Below, piece by piece: positions 8,066-18,700 of a stretch of DNA of 33,668 nt. A model generated the notes under the pieces. The model made no database searches, had not been told where the DNA came from, and saw only the letters and a list, made by a program, of their open reading frames with translations. The DNA is from a virus (lineage: Duplodnaviria > Caudoviricetes): positions 1 through 33,668 of IMG/VR virus record IMGVR_UViG_3300012352_000260; one strand, 5' to 3'. The first letter of the stretch is position 1. The number at the start of each line of letters is the position of its first letter. Position numbers and translations under genes: made by a program.

Positions 8066-9436
8066 ATGGCATCAATACTTGATACATTGCGGCAATCGAT
8101 TGCCAAAGCATTGACAAGCGGAACCAATCCGGCGTACAATAATCTGATCTACACTTGGCTAGGTACAAACATCATAATGAATGAGGACAACGAAGAAACC
8201 TACATTCGTGACGGATACCAAAGAAATGCCACCGTATATTCAATCATTAATCTAATTGTAAAAGCGGCAACAACGATTCCAATGACCGTTTATCGTGTAA
8301 AAAGCGAGGGAACGGCAAAGCAATACAAGGCGATGACGTCCGGAATAATGGACGGGAATGCGATGTACAAAGCAAATATCCTACGCAAAAGAGCGTTTGA
8401 AGAAGTGAAAGACACGGATCTTGAAGCGTTATTAAAGCGCCCAAATCCTGAGCAATCATTTTCTGCTTGGTTGGGAGAAATTGTTGCTTTCGGTAAATTA
8501 ACCGGCAACCGTTACATTTATGGAATTGCGCCTGATACAGGAGCAAATGCAGGTAAATTTCAAGAGTTGTACAATCTACCGTCTCAATTAGTTGAGATCG
8601 TTTCAGGAGGCGTAATGCAGCCGGTGGCAGGTTATAAAATTCAATACAATTCAATGATTGAAGTGGCGCCTGAATTAGTTTGCCATATCAAAGATTTTAA
8701 TCCGGACTACGACAGCAGCGGTTCAAACCTATACGGGCAATCGCCATTGCGCGCCGGCCTGCGTGTTTTATCGTCCAACAACGAAGCCGTAACAACCGGA
8801 TTAAAGTATTTACAAAATCAAACGTCACGCGGAATGCTTATTTCAAAGGACGGAAACTTGACAGAGGTACAAGCGCAAGCGTTAAAAGATAAATTTCGCA
8901 GGAATTATCAAGGCGCCTCAAATGCAGGCGATATCATCATCACTCCAAAGGATCTTTCGTGGGTCAATTTTGGTTTGAGCGCATCGGATCTTTCGTTGAT
9001 TGAGCAATACAACGGAACTGTAAAGGATCTTTGTAACATTTACAATATCCCGGTTCAGTTGCTTAATAACACAGATTCGTCCACTTACAACAATATGAAA
9101 GAGGCGAAAAAGGCGCTTTATCAAAATGCGGTAATTCCTGAATTAATCAAGATCCGTGACGAATTAAACAGATGGCTGACGCCTAAATTTGGAAGCGATC
9201 TATACATTGATTTTGATTTTACTGCGATTAGCGAAATGCAAGAAGAGGTTGACAAATTAGTCACTCAGCTAGCAAACGCTTGGTGGATCACTCCTAATGA
9301 GAAGCGCGACGCAATGAACTACGCAATGGACGTTGAAAATATGTTTATGGATGACTATTTCATTCCTGCTAATTTAATGCCTCAAAATCAAACGCTTCAA
9401 TCTTTGGAGAATCCAAAGCCGCTAAACGTTCAATAA
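8066..9436 (+). CDS. Portal protein (HK97 family)
   Basis: LLKRPNP, GNRY, LYGQSPL and ITPNEKR motifs; position after TerL. Confidence 0.93.
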   Translation: MASILDTLRQSIAKALTSGTNPAYNNLIYTWLGTNIIMNEDNEETYIRDGYQRNATVYSIINLIVKAATTIPMTVYRVKSEGTAKQYKAMTSGIMDGNAMYKANILRKRAFEEVKDTDLEALLKRPNPEQSFSAWLGEIVAFGKLTGNRYIYGIAPDTGANAGKFQELYNLPSQLVEIVSGGVMQPVAGYKIQYNSMIEVAPELVCHIKDFNPDYDSSGSNLYGQSPLRAGLRVLSSNNEAVTTGLKYLQNQTSRGMLISKDGNLTEVQAQALKDKFRRNYQGASNAGDIIITPKDLSWVNFGLSASDLSLIEQYNGTVKDLCNIYNIPVQLLNNTDSSTYNNMKEAKKALYQNAVIPELIKIRDELNRWLTPKFGSDLYIDFDFTAISEMQEEVDKLVTQLANAWWITPNEKRDAMNYAMDVENMFMDDYFIPANLMPQNQTLQSLENPKPLNVQ

Positions 9437-9437
9437 T

Positions 9438-10490
9438 ATGCCGTTGCCTAAACCGAATCAGGATGAGAGCCGCAATGATTTTATGGGTCGTTGTGTTATT
9501 GATACTAACATTGTCAATGATTTTGATTCCGTTGATCAACGCGTTGCAGTTTGTAACAGTTTGTTTGAGGAGGCGAAAGAAGTCAAAGCGCAGGATAATT
9601 GGGCTGACGAATTTGAGAACGAATTAACAAAGGCAGAGCGTATTTCAGTGTGCGATTTTACGGCGTTTTATCAGGCCGAATATAACAAGGCAATCGATCT
9701 ATTTTTGAAGATTCAGTCAATGACTAGCGCAACAGCGCAGCAGTTTTTTCAGGATTCGAAATATATGGATATGTATGTTGGTATGTATTCAAAAATCGGT
9801 TTACAATTCGCAAATTGGTACACGAAAAACGTTGATAAATACCTACCCAAAGCGGATCCTGCAAATATGCAATCAATTTGGCTTAATTCGTTTGCGTTTA
9901 TGGGCGCTCAGGTAGGCGGTCAAAGAATTACAATGGTATCAAGCACAGCGCAAGCTACCTTGACAAATACAATACGTCAGTTTATGGCTGATCCGGTTTT
10001 TATGACGGCAGGAGAAAAGGTACAATCCAAAATGCTGCGTCAAAAATTCGATTATCTTGCAGACTATCAAGCAAAGCGAATCGTGCGCACTGAGGCAACG
10101 AATGCTGCCAATTACGCAACGGAACAGGCCGCGCTCAATCTGTTTCCCGGACAGGATATGACCAAAACTTGGAAATCAGGATATGACGCAAGAGTTCGTG
10201 ACGCTCATCGTGCCGCAAATAACCAAGTTGTAGCATTCAACGGTAAATTCTCAGTTGGCGGCGAATCTTTACAAAGGCCGGGCGATCCTAATGGCTCAGC
10301 AAGCAATGTAATTAATTGCCGTTGCTCAATGATCGTATTGCCGAAAGCAGGAGCAAATACGATTGGCGCTCAAATTACAGGTATTGGTTTAGGCTTGGCG
10401 CAAGCGGCCGTGATCGATGCTATCAGTAGCGCTGAGATAATTACAGGAGCAACCGGTGCTATTGTAGCCGGCGAAAATCTAGGCGGATAA
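9438..10490 (+). CDS. Head morphogenesis protein (Mu gpF/SPP1 gp7-like)
   Basis: RIVRTE...KTW...DARVRDAH...PGDP...NVINCRC. Confidence 0.9.
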   Translation: MPLPKPNQDESRNDFMGRCVIDTNIVNDFDSVDQRVAVCNSLFEEAKEVKAQDNWADEFENELTKAERISVCDFTAFYQAEYNKAIDLFLKIQSMTSATAQQFFQDSKYMDMYVGMYSKIGLQFANWYTKNVDKYLPKADPANMQSIWLNSFAFMGAQVGGQRITMVSSTAQATLTNTIRQFMADPVFMTAGEKVQSKMLRQKFDYLADYQAKRIVRTEATNAANYATEQAALNLFPGQDMTKTWKSGYDARVRDAHRAANNQVVAFNGKFSVGGESLQRPGDPNGSASNVINCRCSMIVLPKAGANTIGAQITGIGLGLAQAAVIDAISSAEIITGATGAIVAGENLGG

Positions 10491-10513
10491 AATTAATTTT
10501 CATATTCTGTTTT

Positions 10514-10539
10514 CTAATTAGCTATTTGACTAATTTTGA
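10514..10539 (+). promoter_or_regulatory. Palindromic operator-like motif overlapping a TAATTTTG promoter box (copy 1)
   Basis: CTAATTAGCTATTTGACTAATTTTGA; 24/26 identical to 27829-27854. Confidence 0.6.
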
Positions 10540-10553
10540 GCAAAAGATACGTT

Positions 10554-11237
10554 ATGATTTATAAGCAAACATCCATTGGTATTGATGATATTGACGAGGC
10601 AAACGGCATTGTGTCCGGTTACGGCTCAATTTTCGGCAATATAGATTCAGACAACGACATTATTTTACAAGGCGCATACGCCAAAACTTTAATGGAAAAC
10701 GGTTCACGCGTTCGGTATTGCAACCAACACAGAATCGATCAGCCATTGGGCAAATTCACGGAATTACGTGAGGATGGCACCGGATTATATTTTGTGGCTG
10801 AGGTTCCAAAAACAAGAATGGGCGAAGATGTTTTGTTATTAATGAAAAATGGCGTGATAACTGAAAATTCAGTTGGAATTATGCCGATCGTTAAGAATTA
10901 CAGACAAGATGGTGTACGCGAATTGAAAGAGGTTAAATTGTACGAAATTTCTTGCGTTACATTGGCGGCAAACCCAATGGCCTTAATTACAGACGCAAAA
11001 GGAGAAATCAATCAGGAATTGTTAGCAAAACGTTTTGACGTGCTAGCAAAAATGATTAAAAAAGAAAACGTATCTGATGAACTTGGATACGCTATTGAAG
11101 CAGAATTGATGAAGTTGAAATCATTGTTTATTGATGTTACCACTCAGCCGGCAAAAATTGTCACTGAGCCGGAAGTTAAACAGGTGGATATTTCGGAAAT
11201 TTTTAAATACTTAAACAATCAAATTACATCCAAATAA
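10554..11237 (+). CDS. HK97-family prohead protease (start re-assigned to ATG 10554)
   Basis: GYGSIFGNIDSDNDII..GA, NQH, SVG and LYEISCVT..AN motifs. Confidence 0.92.
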   Translation: MIYKQTSIGIDDIDEANGIVSGYGSIFGNIDSDNDIILQGAYAKTLMENGSRVRYCNQHRIDQPLGKFTELREDGTGLYFVAEVPKTRMGEDVLLLMKNGVITENSVGIMPIVKNYRQDGVRELKEVKLYEISCVTLAANPMALITDAKGEINQELLAKRFDVLAKMIKKENVSDELGYAIEAELMKLKSLFIDVTTQPAKIVTEPEVKQVDISEIFKYLNNQITSK

Positions 11238-11238
11238 G

Positions 11239-12435
11239 ATGACAGAAGAAATCAAAAAGCAATTAGATGAATTAAATTCAGCTATTGACGGCCGTATCGC
11301 AAAAGCGGAGGGTCAAGCAGTTGCGTCAGCAACAGGCAAAGCAGACGAATTATTAAAGTCTGAAATCAAGAATTTAGAAGCTAAATTCACTGAAATTCAC
11401 GGCCGCATCGACGCAGCTGAGGTTGCTGCTAAGAAAACAGCATCAGGAGCAAACGCTCAATCATTCAAACAATCTTTGGTTGATGGTATCACAAAAGGCG
11501 GTTTAGAGGGATTAATCAACGGATCTAGCCGTTCAGCTAAATTTGAAATCAAAGCAGGCGATATGACTGTTGCTGCTAATTTCACAGGCGAAGTTATCCC
11601 GGCTCAATACGTTCCGGGTATCAAGTACGATCCAACAAACCCTGTACACGTTCGTCAATTATTGGCGCAAGGTTCTACAAACGCAGAGGTTGTACGTTAC
11701 GTACGTGAATCAGCATATGACAACGGTGCTTCTACAAAGGCGCAAGGTTCTACATTAGCTGAATCAGATTTTGATTTAACAGCATACGATGCTAACGTTC
11801 AAAAGATCGGTACATATTTCCGTATCTCTGAGGAAATGTTAGCAGATACTCCTCAGTTGACATCTTACTTAGCAGCTCGCGCTCCTGAGAAGTTATTAAC
11901 AGTTGAAGATGCTCAATTACTTTACGGAAACGGTACAGCACCGAACATTTCAGGTATCGTAACATCAGGATCAACTGCTTTCGCAGCAGGCGGATTTGCT
12001 GATACAATTACAGCAGCCAACCAATTTGACGTTTTAACGGTAGCAATCAACCAATTAGCATTGGTTAATTACCGTCCTGACTACATTATGGTTAATCCAA
12101 CAGATTTCCACAAAATCTTGTTATTGAAAGCTACTACAAACGAATACTTGAAAGATCAAGTATATATGGGCTTACAACCACAATTCTTAGGAGTTCCGGT
12201 TGTAGTTAATACAGCGATCACAGCAGGAACATACCTTGTTGGAAACTTTGGCTTAGCAACGCAAATGTGGGTACGCGAAAACTTATCACTTGAATTCTTC
12301 CGTGAGGATGGAACAAACGTACGTGATGGTTTTGTTACTGTACGTTTACAAGAGCGTATTGCATTGACTAACTACGCACCTTTGGCAATCGTTAAGGGTA
12401 CATTTGCAACGGACATCGCTGCAATCGGGGTTTAG
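11239..12435 (+). CDS. Major capsid protein (HK97 fold with N-terminal coiled-coil delta domain)
   Basis: KIGTYFRISEEMLAD, EDAQLLYGNG and LGVPVV; follows the protease. Confidence 0.95.
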   Translation: MTEEIKKQLDELNSAIDGRIAKAEGQAVASATGKADELLKSEIKNLEAKFTEIHGRIDAAEVAAKKTASGANAQSFKQSLVDGITKGGLEGLINGSSRSAKFEIKAGDMTVAANFTGEVIPAQYVPGIKYDPTNPVHVRQLLAQGSTNAEVVRYVRESAYDNGASTKAQGSTLAESDFDLTAYDANVQKIGTYFRISEEMLADTPQLTSYLAARAPEKLLTVEDAQLLYGNGTAPNISGIVTSGSTAFAAGGFADTITAANQFDVLTVAINQLALVNYRPDYIMVNPTDFHKILLLKATTNEYLKDQVYMGLQPQFLGVPVVVNTAITAGTYLVGNFGLATQMWVRENLSLEFFREDGTNVRDGFVTVRLQERIALTNYAPLAIVKGTFATDIAAIGV

Positions 12436-12460
12436 TTTTAATACAATTCCAAATTAAGAG

Positions 12461-12493
12461 AGGCCACCTAATTATTGGGTGGCTTTTCTTTTT
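12461..12493 (+). terminator. Intrinsic terminator after the capsid gene
   Basis: AGGCCACCTAA-TTA-TTGGGTGGCTT followed by a T-rich tract. Confidence 0.8.
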
Positions 12494-12500
12494 ATATTTG
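12493..12500 (+). promoter_or_regulatory. Bacteroidota-type -7 promoter box (TATATTTG)
   Basis: Matches TAnnTTTG. Similar gene-boundary boxes at 8039, 10531, 20691, 21942, 27699, 27847 and 28849; TAnnTTTA variants at 2793, 23198 and 32272. Confidence 0.6.
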
Positions 12501-12519
12501 TTCAAAAAATAGCACAATT

Positions 12520-12771
12520 ATGGGCAAAGTTTTAATGAGAAAAACGGTATTTGATAACAAATCAGGGTACCACAGAGCAGGCGAAATAGTGAATTTGTCA
12601 GCAGACGTTGAAAGACATTATTTAGCAAATAATTTCGGCACAAAGGTTGAAGATGAGCCGGTGGTTATTGAAGCAAAACCTGAGGCCGTTGAGGCTGAAA
12701 CAAAAGAGCAAAAAATAGTTTACAAGACAAAGGGCAACAAAGCAAAAAAGGATGCGGCAGATCAAGATTAA
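12520..12771 (+). CDS. Small head-associated hypothetical protein (start 12520)
   Basis: ATG after the promoter box; typical small ORF following a capsid gene. Confidence 0.65.
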   Translation: MGKVLMRKTVFDNKSGYHRAGEIVNLSADVERHYLANNFGTKVEDEPVVIEAKPEAVEAETKEQKIVYKTKGNKAKKDAADQD

Positions 12772-13261
12772 TGACGTAATTGGAACACCAATTATTTCAC
12801 GAACAGATGCGAAAAATTATATCCGTATTGATACAACGGCAGATGATACGTTGATTGATTGGATGATCGAGGCCGCTCACACAGCTGCTGAAAATTATAT
12901 GAGCCGCGATATTATCGCAAAAGAGCGCACATATTATTTAGATTATTCCGATTCAGGATTTATTGACGTTCCATTTGGCCCCGTAGCATCAGTGGACGCA
13001 GTTACTGTAAAAGATATTGCGGTTTCATTTACTGTTTACGGTTTAGGCGATCCGATGGTTGAGATCGAGCCACTAGGATCAAACATAAAAATTGATTTTA
13101 CGACAGAGGGAATGAGTGACGGCCTATTAAAGCAGGCGTTGCTTATGATGGTTTCTACATATTATGATAATCGTACAGATTTTGTTGTAGGTCAAAGCGT
13201 CAATGAAGTTCCAAGCGCATCAGCTAAATTATTAGACGGCATAAAATCAGTATTTATATAA
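12752..13261 (+). CDS. Head-tail connector (HK97 gp6-like)
   Basis: AKNYIRID...DDTLI..MIEAA...AENY and LKQALLMMVSTYYDNR. Confidence 0.9.
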   Translation: MRQIKINDVIGTPIISRTDAKNYIRIDTTADDTLIDWMIEAAHTAAENYMSRDIIAKERTYYLDYSDSGFIDVPFGPVASVDAVTVKDIAVSFTVYGLGDPMVEIEPLGSNIKIDFTTEGMSDGLLKQALLMMVSTYYDNRTDFVVGQSVNEVPSASAKLLDGIKSVFI

Positions 13262-13605
13262 TGGCAATATCAAACACGGCATCAATTTTAAAGCAGCGCA
13301 TCTTGATTAAAAGGATGGCAAAATCTGCTGACGGCTACGGCGGATTCACTCCGGGCGGATATGTTACTATTGATACAGTATGGTGCCGTGTTCAAGAAAC
13401 AAAAGGCGATATTGACGAGAGAATGGGCGTGCGTCTTAAAAGCACTGAGATTGAAATAACAATACGCAAGGAAACGGCTGATTTAATTGCTAATGAGGAC
13501 GTGTTACAGGTTGAGGGTTTTTCGGCTTTATACAGAATCAATTCAAACTTTCAAACGTTTGAAAACTTTTGGGTAAAAATGACGGCTACAAAAATTGAGG
13601 GATAA
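13261..13605 (+). CDS. Head-closure/head-tail adaptor (SPP1 gp16-like)
   Basis: LKQRILI...DGYGG...TVWC...ITIR pattern and synteny. Confidence 0.8.
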   Translation: MAISNTASILKQRILIKRMAKSADGYGGFTPGGYVTIDTVWCRVQETKGDIDERMGVRLKSTEIEITIRKETADLIANEDVLQVEGFSALYRINSNFQTFENFWVKMTATKIEG

Positions 13606-14048
13606 TGATCAAAATAAAGGTTGATTCAAAGCAAATTTTAATGCTGCAAAAACAAATTGCAGATTTAAAGTATTTTGCCGGGCAAGAATTGTCCAATGAA
13701 TTAACTGCGACAGCTGCGGCAGCCGTTAAGCGTATGAAAGAAACAGCGCCTCACGACAACGGAAATCTTCGCAATTCAATCGCATACGAAAGACAAAACA
13801 ATTCAAACGTAATGATCGCAGCGCGCGCTCCTTATGCGCCATACGTTGAGTTTGGTACAGGTCGCGGAGTTACTTTGAGATTTTTACAAGAGGCAGGATT
13901 TCCATCATCATACGCTGAGCAATTTAAAGGCAAAGGAATCAAGAAACAAAATATGTACGCGCGGCCTTATTTTTTCCCGGCGATCCGGACTGAAATGAGG
14001 TTATTGAATGTACGGTTGTACCAAAAATTAAAACAATTAACCAAATAA
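13605..14048 (+). CDS. HK97 gp10-like neck/tail-completion protein
   Basis: APHDNGNLRNSI, APYAPYVEFGT and ARPYFFPA. Confidence 0.88.
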   Translation: MIKIKVDSKQILMLQKQIADLKYFAGQELSNELTATAAAAVKRMKETAPHDNGNLRNSIAYERQNNSNVMIAARAPYAPYVEFGTGRGVTLRFLQEAGFPSSYAEQFKGKGIKKQNMYARPYFFPAIRTEMRLLNVRLYQKLKQLTK

Positions 14049-14488
14049 TGTTAGAACCAATACAATTTATACGCAAGGCGATCATTACGCGTTTGACCAA
14101 CAATGTTGTTATTGGCGGCGTTACTTTTGGCGTGTATAACCGGGTTCCGTCATCGGCTTCATTCCCGTACATTTTAGTGTATTCAGTTTCCTCAGATGAA
14201 ACAGATTTTAATCAGTCATCGTATATCACTGAAACAATCACAAGAATCGAGGTTGTAACGCGTTTTGCGTCAGACGCAGGCGGAGAATTAACCGCAAATC
14301 AGGCGATCAATCGTATTTTAGAATTAATCAGGACGCGTTCAAACGGATATTTTGATTTGTCAGCTGACGGATTCAATGTATTTACCTGCGTGAAAGAATC
14401 TTCAACGTATATGGTTGACGATGAGCGCGATCACACGTATTTTCGTGGAATTATCGAAATCAGTAATAAAATCCAACAAACAGTATAA
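14048..14488 (+). CDS. Tail terminator protein
   Basis: VYNRVP...FPYI pattern and synteny. Confidence 0.75.
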   Translation: MLEPIQFIRKAIITRLTNNVVIGGVTFGVYNRVPSSASFPYILVYSVSSDETDFNQSSYITETITRIEVVTRFASDAGGELTANQAINRILELIRTRSNGYFDLSADGFNVFTCVKESSTYMVDDERDHTYFRGIIEISNKIQQTV

Positions 14489-14775
14489 TGGAAACAAGGG
14501 ATGCCATCATTGGCCTAGTATCATCTACAATCACGGCGTTAATTTCGTGGATCTTAGGGAAGCGAAAAGAGAATGCAGATATCAGTACAATACAATTAGA
14601 AAATTCTCAGCGCGTGATTGATATGGTTACCCAAATGAATGAGAAGTTGGAAGCGAAAGTGGATCAGCTATCAAAGAAAGTCGATGAATTGACGGTCGAA
14701 ATTGAAAACTTGCGTGAAGAAAATCATAATTTGAAGCACGGCAAGCCTGTAAAAAAGAAATCTGATCAGGAATAA
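14488..14775 (+). CDS. Putative holin (one TM helix plus coiled coil)
   Basis: N-terminal TM AIIGLVSSTITALISWILG; directly upstream of the endolysin. Confidence 0.6.
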   Translation: METRDAIIGLVSSTITALISWILGKRKENADISTIQLENSQRVIDMVTQMNEKLEAKVDQLSKKVDELTVEIENLREENHNLKHGKPVKKKSDQE

Positions 14776-15263
14776 TGAAAGATCAAATCACATTAGATCG
14801 CATTAAATTAGTACATCCAAAATTGCGCGCTGAGGTTGCCGTAATTTATGATGAAATTGTAAACGCTCTGAGAGGCAAAGCGTTTTGCAGATTCGCATAT
14901 ACACTGAGAACTTTTAAAGAACAAGAGGCAATATATGCTCAGGGCAGAACAAAACCGGGCGTAATTGTTACAAAGGCAAAACCGGGATTGAGTGTTCATA
15001 ATTACGGGATGGCGATCGACATTGTATTGATTGACGGCAAATCTGCTTCTTGGGATATTAAAAAGGATTTTGACGGAGATGGCAAGGCAGATTGGATGGA
15101 AGTTGTAGCCGTATTCAAAAAGTATGGATGGGAATGGGGAGGAGATTGGAAGAAATTCCCGGACGCGCCGCATTTTCAAAAGACTTTCGGCAAAACGCCG
15201 TCGGAATTATTCGCGATGTATAATGCAAAAAAAATAGATTCACAAGGGTACCTGATACTGTAA
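14775..15263 (+). CDS. Endolysin, M15-family L-alanyl-D-glutamate peptidase-like
   Basis: RTFKEQ..IYAQGR, SVHNYGMAID (SxH...D) and WGGDW..F.DAPHFQ. Confidence 0.92.
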   Translation: MKDQITLDRIKLVHPKLRAEVAVIYDEIVNALRGKAFCRFAYTLRTFKEQEAIYAQGRTKPGVIVTKAKPGLSVHNYGMAIDIVLIDGKSASWDIKKDFDGDGKADWMEVVAVFKKYGWEWGGDWKKFPDAPHFQKTFGKTPSELFAMYNAKKIDSQGYLIL

Positions 15264-15712
15264 TGAAAAAATTCCTAATCATCGCGATCGTTTTGTTTGC
15301 TAGTTGCAAACCGTCAAAGACAATAATCAAAGAATCAACCATTGTAAAATACGACACGATCCATACGTCAGACGTGATCTATAAAACAAAGGCGCTCCGT
15401 GATTCAATTATCATTGAAAATCCTTGTGATTCTGCGGGCATTTTAACGGCCTTTTATTCGAAATTTGTAATACCACAAGGAACAATCACTGTTCGTTCCT
15501 CACGCGGCAGAATTGAGGCCAAAATCGACATTGATTCGATCGAATCAGTTTACAAATCAAAATATCAATTATCAAAATCTGACAATTTTCAAATTTCGAA
15601 CAAAGAAGTGATCAAAAACGTAGTGCCTGCTTGGGCTATTATCACTATATTTTTCGAATCAATTATCATTATCGGTTACGTGTTCTATAAAACAAGGCTG
15701 ATTATTTTTTAA
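15263..15712 (+). CDS. Putative spanin (lipoprotein signal plus C-terminal TM, u-spanin-like)
   Basis: MKKFLIIAIVLFASC lipobox and a C-terminal hydrophobic helix; follows the endolysin. Confidence 0.65.
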   Translation: MKKFLIIAIVLFASCKPSKTIIKESTIVKYDTIHTSDVIYKTKALRDSIIIENPCDSAGILTAFYSKFVIPQGTITVRSSRGRIEAKIDIDSIESVYKSKYQLSKSDNFQISNKEVIKNVVPAWAIITIFFESIIIIGYVFYKTRLIIF

Positions 15713-15738
15713 CTTGCATTAAAATAAGCAGGTAAAAA

Positions 15739-18700
15739 ATGGCATCATTAACCGGTAAATTAGTAGCGGAAACATACAAAGCATTGTTAAAAACCATTGA
15801 CAATGACATCCTAACGGCAAGCGAAAAACAAATCACAGATGGTTTTGGCGGCGGCTCAAATGTTTTCATCGATTCGCAAGGGTTTCTAAGAGCAAACAAA
15901 TACAAGGTTACTAACGGTTTAGCAACGCAGTTTTTAAAGGCTGACGGATCGTTGGATTCAAATACCTATTTGACCGGCATTACAAGTTCTCAAATCATTG
16001 CGGCCTTAGGATATACGCCTGTAACAAGCGCGCGTACATTGACGATCAACGGTACAACATACGATCTTAGCGCAAATAGATCGTGGACGGTTGCAGGTAC
16101 TGCGGCTGTTTGGGGAAATATATCAGGAACGCTATCAGATCAAACGGATTTACAAACTGCTTTAAATGCAAAATACAATAATCCGGCCGGCACAATATCT
16201 CAATACATTCGCGGAGATGGGTCATTAGCAACGTTTCCGACAATATCAGGAGGCTTGCCAACAGGTGGCACAGCAGGCCAAATTTTAGCTAAAATAGACG
16301 CAACTGACTATAATACTCATTGGATTGATAATTACGCCACACAAACCAAAAATGAGGTAAAATTAGGCCAAACGCTAGCAAAAGGTGCGGCGGTTTACGT
16401 TTCATCTGCAAACGGAACAAATATGATTGTTTCGGCTGCGTCAAATACATCTGAGGCTACATCATCAAAAACGTTTGGTTTACTTGAAACAGGCGGCGCA
16501 ACAAACGCATTAGTTAAATGCGTGACATTCGGATTAATTGCCGGATTGGATACGTCGGCTGCTCAGGCAGGAGATCCTGTTTGGTTAGGTGTTAATGGAG
16601 CATTGATTTTTGGTTTAGCGAATAAACCGGTAGCGCCTGCTCATATGGTTTACATTGGAGTCGTAACGCGCGTACAATCAAATAATGGCGAAATTTTTGT
16701 AAACGTTCAAAACGGGTTTGAGATTGAAGAATTACACGATGTTTTGATTCAATCAAAAGCCAACAATCAAGGTTTGTTTTACGAATCTTCAACAGGATTG
16801 TGGAAAAATAAAAGCATAGCAACGGTGCTTGGATATACGCCTCAGGCGGAATTAAACGGAACAGGATTTGTAAAGGCGTCAGGAACGACAATATCATACG
16901 ACAATTCAACGTATCTGACAACAACGGACGCAGATACTACATATCAAAGATTGTCAAATTTATCGTCAAATTTAAACCCGTCAACCACAAGATATCCGTC
17001 AATTAACGCAGTTATTGCAGGATTAGATTTAAAATTGGATCTTACAGGCGGAACATTAACAGGCAGTATTACTGCTACATCTTTTGTAAAAACGGGCGGA
17101 ACATCAGTTCAGTATTTAAAGGCCGATGGCAGCGTTGCAGAAATTACAGGAGATATTATTTCAGGTGCAGGATCATCAGGATACGTTCCAAAATGGACGT
17201 CTGCGATTGTTCTTGGAAGTTCGATTTTATATGACAACGGAACGTCAATGGGAATTGGATCTACAAACGTAAATTATCACGCATACGGTAGATCATTGAC
17301 AGGTTCAGGATTTGCGTCAAATTCATTTGGATTTGAAGCATCTAGTGCTGCTACAACTAATGGTTCGTTGATAGGTGGTCTTTCAATGATAATTTCAGGA
17401 AATGATTCAACGCGTAGAATTGGATCGGCAATTCAATCTTATATTTCAGGTTCAACAGCAACTAATTTAGGCGCAGATTTAAGATTTTACGCAAAACCGG
17501 ACAACGGTGTTTTGGCTGAAATTGTTCGAATTACGTCAAGTTTAATTACGTTTAATAAGGATTTAACGGCAGCAAATATCACGGCAACGTCGTTTGTAAA
17601 ATCAGGCGGAACGGCATCTGAGTTCCTTATGGCTGACGGATCTGTTTCTACATTATCAAGCCCTGTTACAGGTTCAGGATCAGCCGGATATATTCCTAAA
17701 TGGACTACTGCGGCAAATATCGGATCTTCAAATATATTCGATGACGGAACGTCGATCGGTATTGCTTATTCAACGCCAAATAAAGGCGGATATGGGCGTA
17801 CATTGACAGGCGCAGCGTTTGGATCTGCATCCTTTGGTTTTGAAGCAGTTGGAGGCACAACAACAAACGGCGGATTGATTGGAGGTTTATCATTTATTCT
17901 TTCGCAGAACGATTCATCGCGAATTGTCGGATCAGCAATTCAATCAAATTTGGTTGGAACAACAGCAACAAATTATGGCGCTGATTTGCGATTCTTTGCG
18001 AAAGCAGATGCGGGAGTAATTGCCGAAGTTGCAAGAATGACATCAGCCGGATTAAGAGTTTATGGAACGATTGTAAAAGACGGAGGAACATCAAGTCAAG
18101 TATTAATGGCAGATGGATCGGTTTCAGCATTTCCGAGTTTATCGGGTTATTTGCAATTATCAGGCGGAACAATGACCGGAATTATAAATAATACCACAAC
18201 ATATATTGGTTATAGAGCACAAGTTGATGGTACATCAGCCATTTGGCGTGGTATAATTGGATCATATAATGCATCATCAGATGTTGGTACATTTATTGGT
18301 AATTATGCAGGTAAATCCGGAATTTTTGGGCACACAAATTCAATGGGCGCGTGGAATACATTGCGAATAAATTCATTGGGTGTAAATGGGATGGGTAAAG
18401 TAATTTTGTCAAATAATACCGTTGTAAATGCTGATAATTCAGACACAGAATACGGAATTATTCACGCAGGTAATGTTGCAAATTATTCGGTTCCAAATAG
18501 AATTGTATCAAATTGGAATGATGCAACCGTACTTGGAAATGTTGTAGGATTATTAGCTTGGAAAAATTGGGGAAATGGACACGTGATTTTTGATGCATCA
18601 GCAGGAACATCACCATCAGGGACAAGTGTTTCACAAACAAATGCAACAATTGCTTGGCAAGCAACAAATCCGACATTAATGGGATGGAATGGTCAATATT

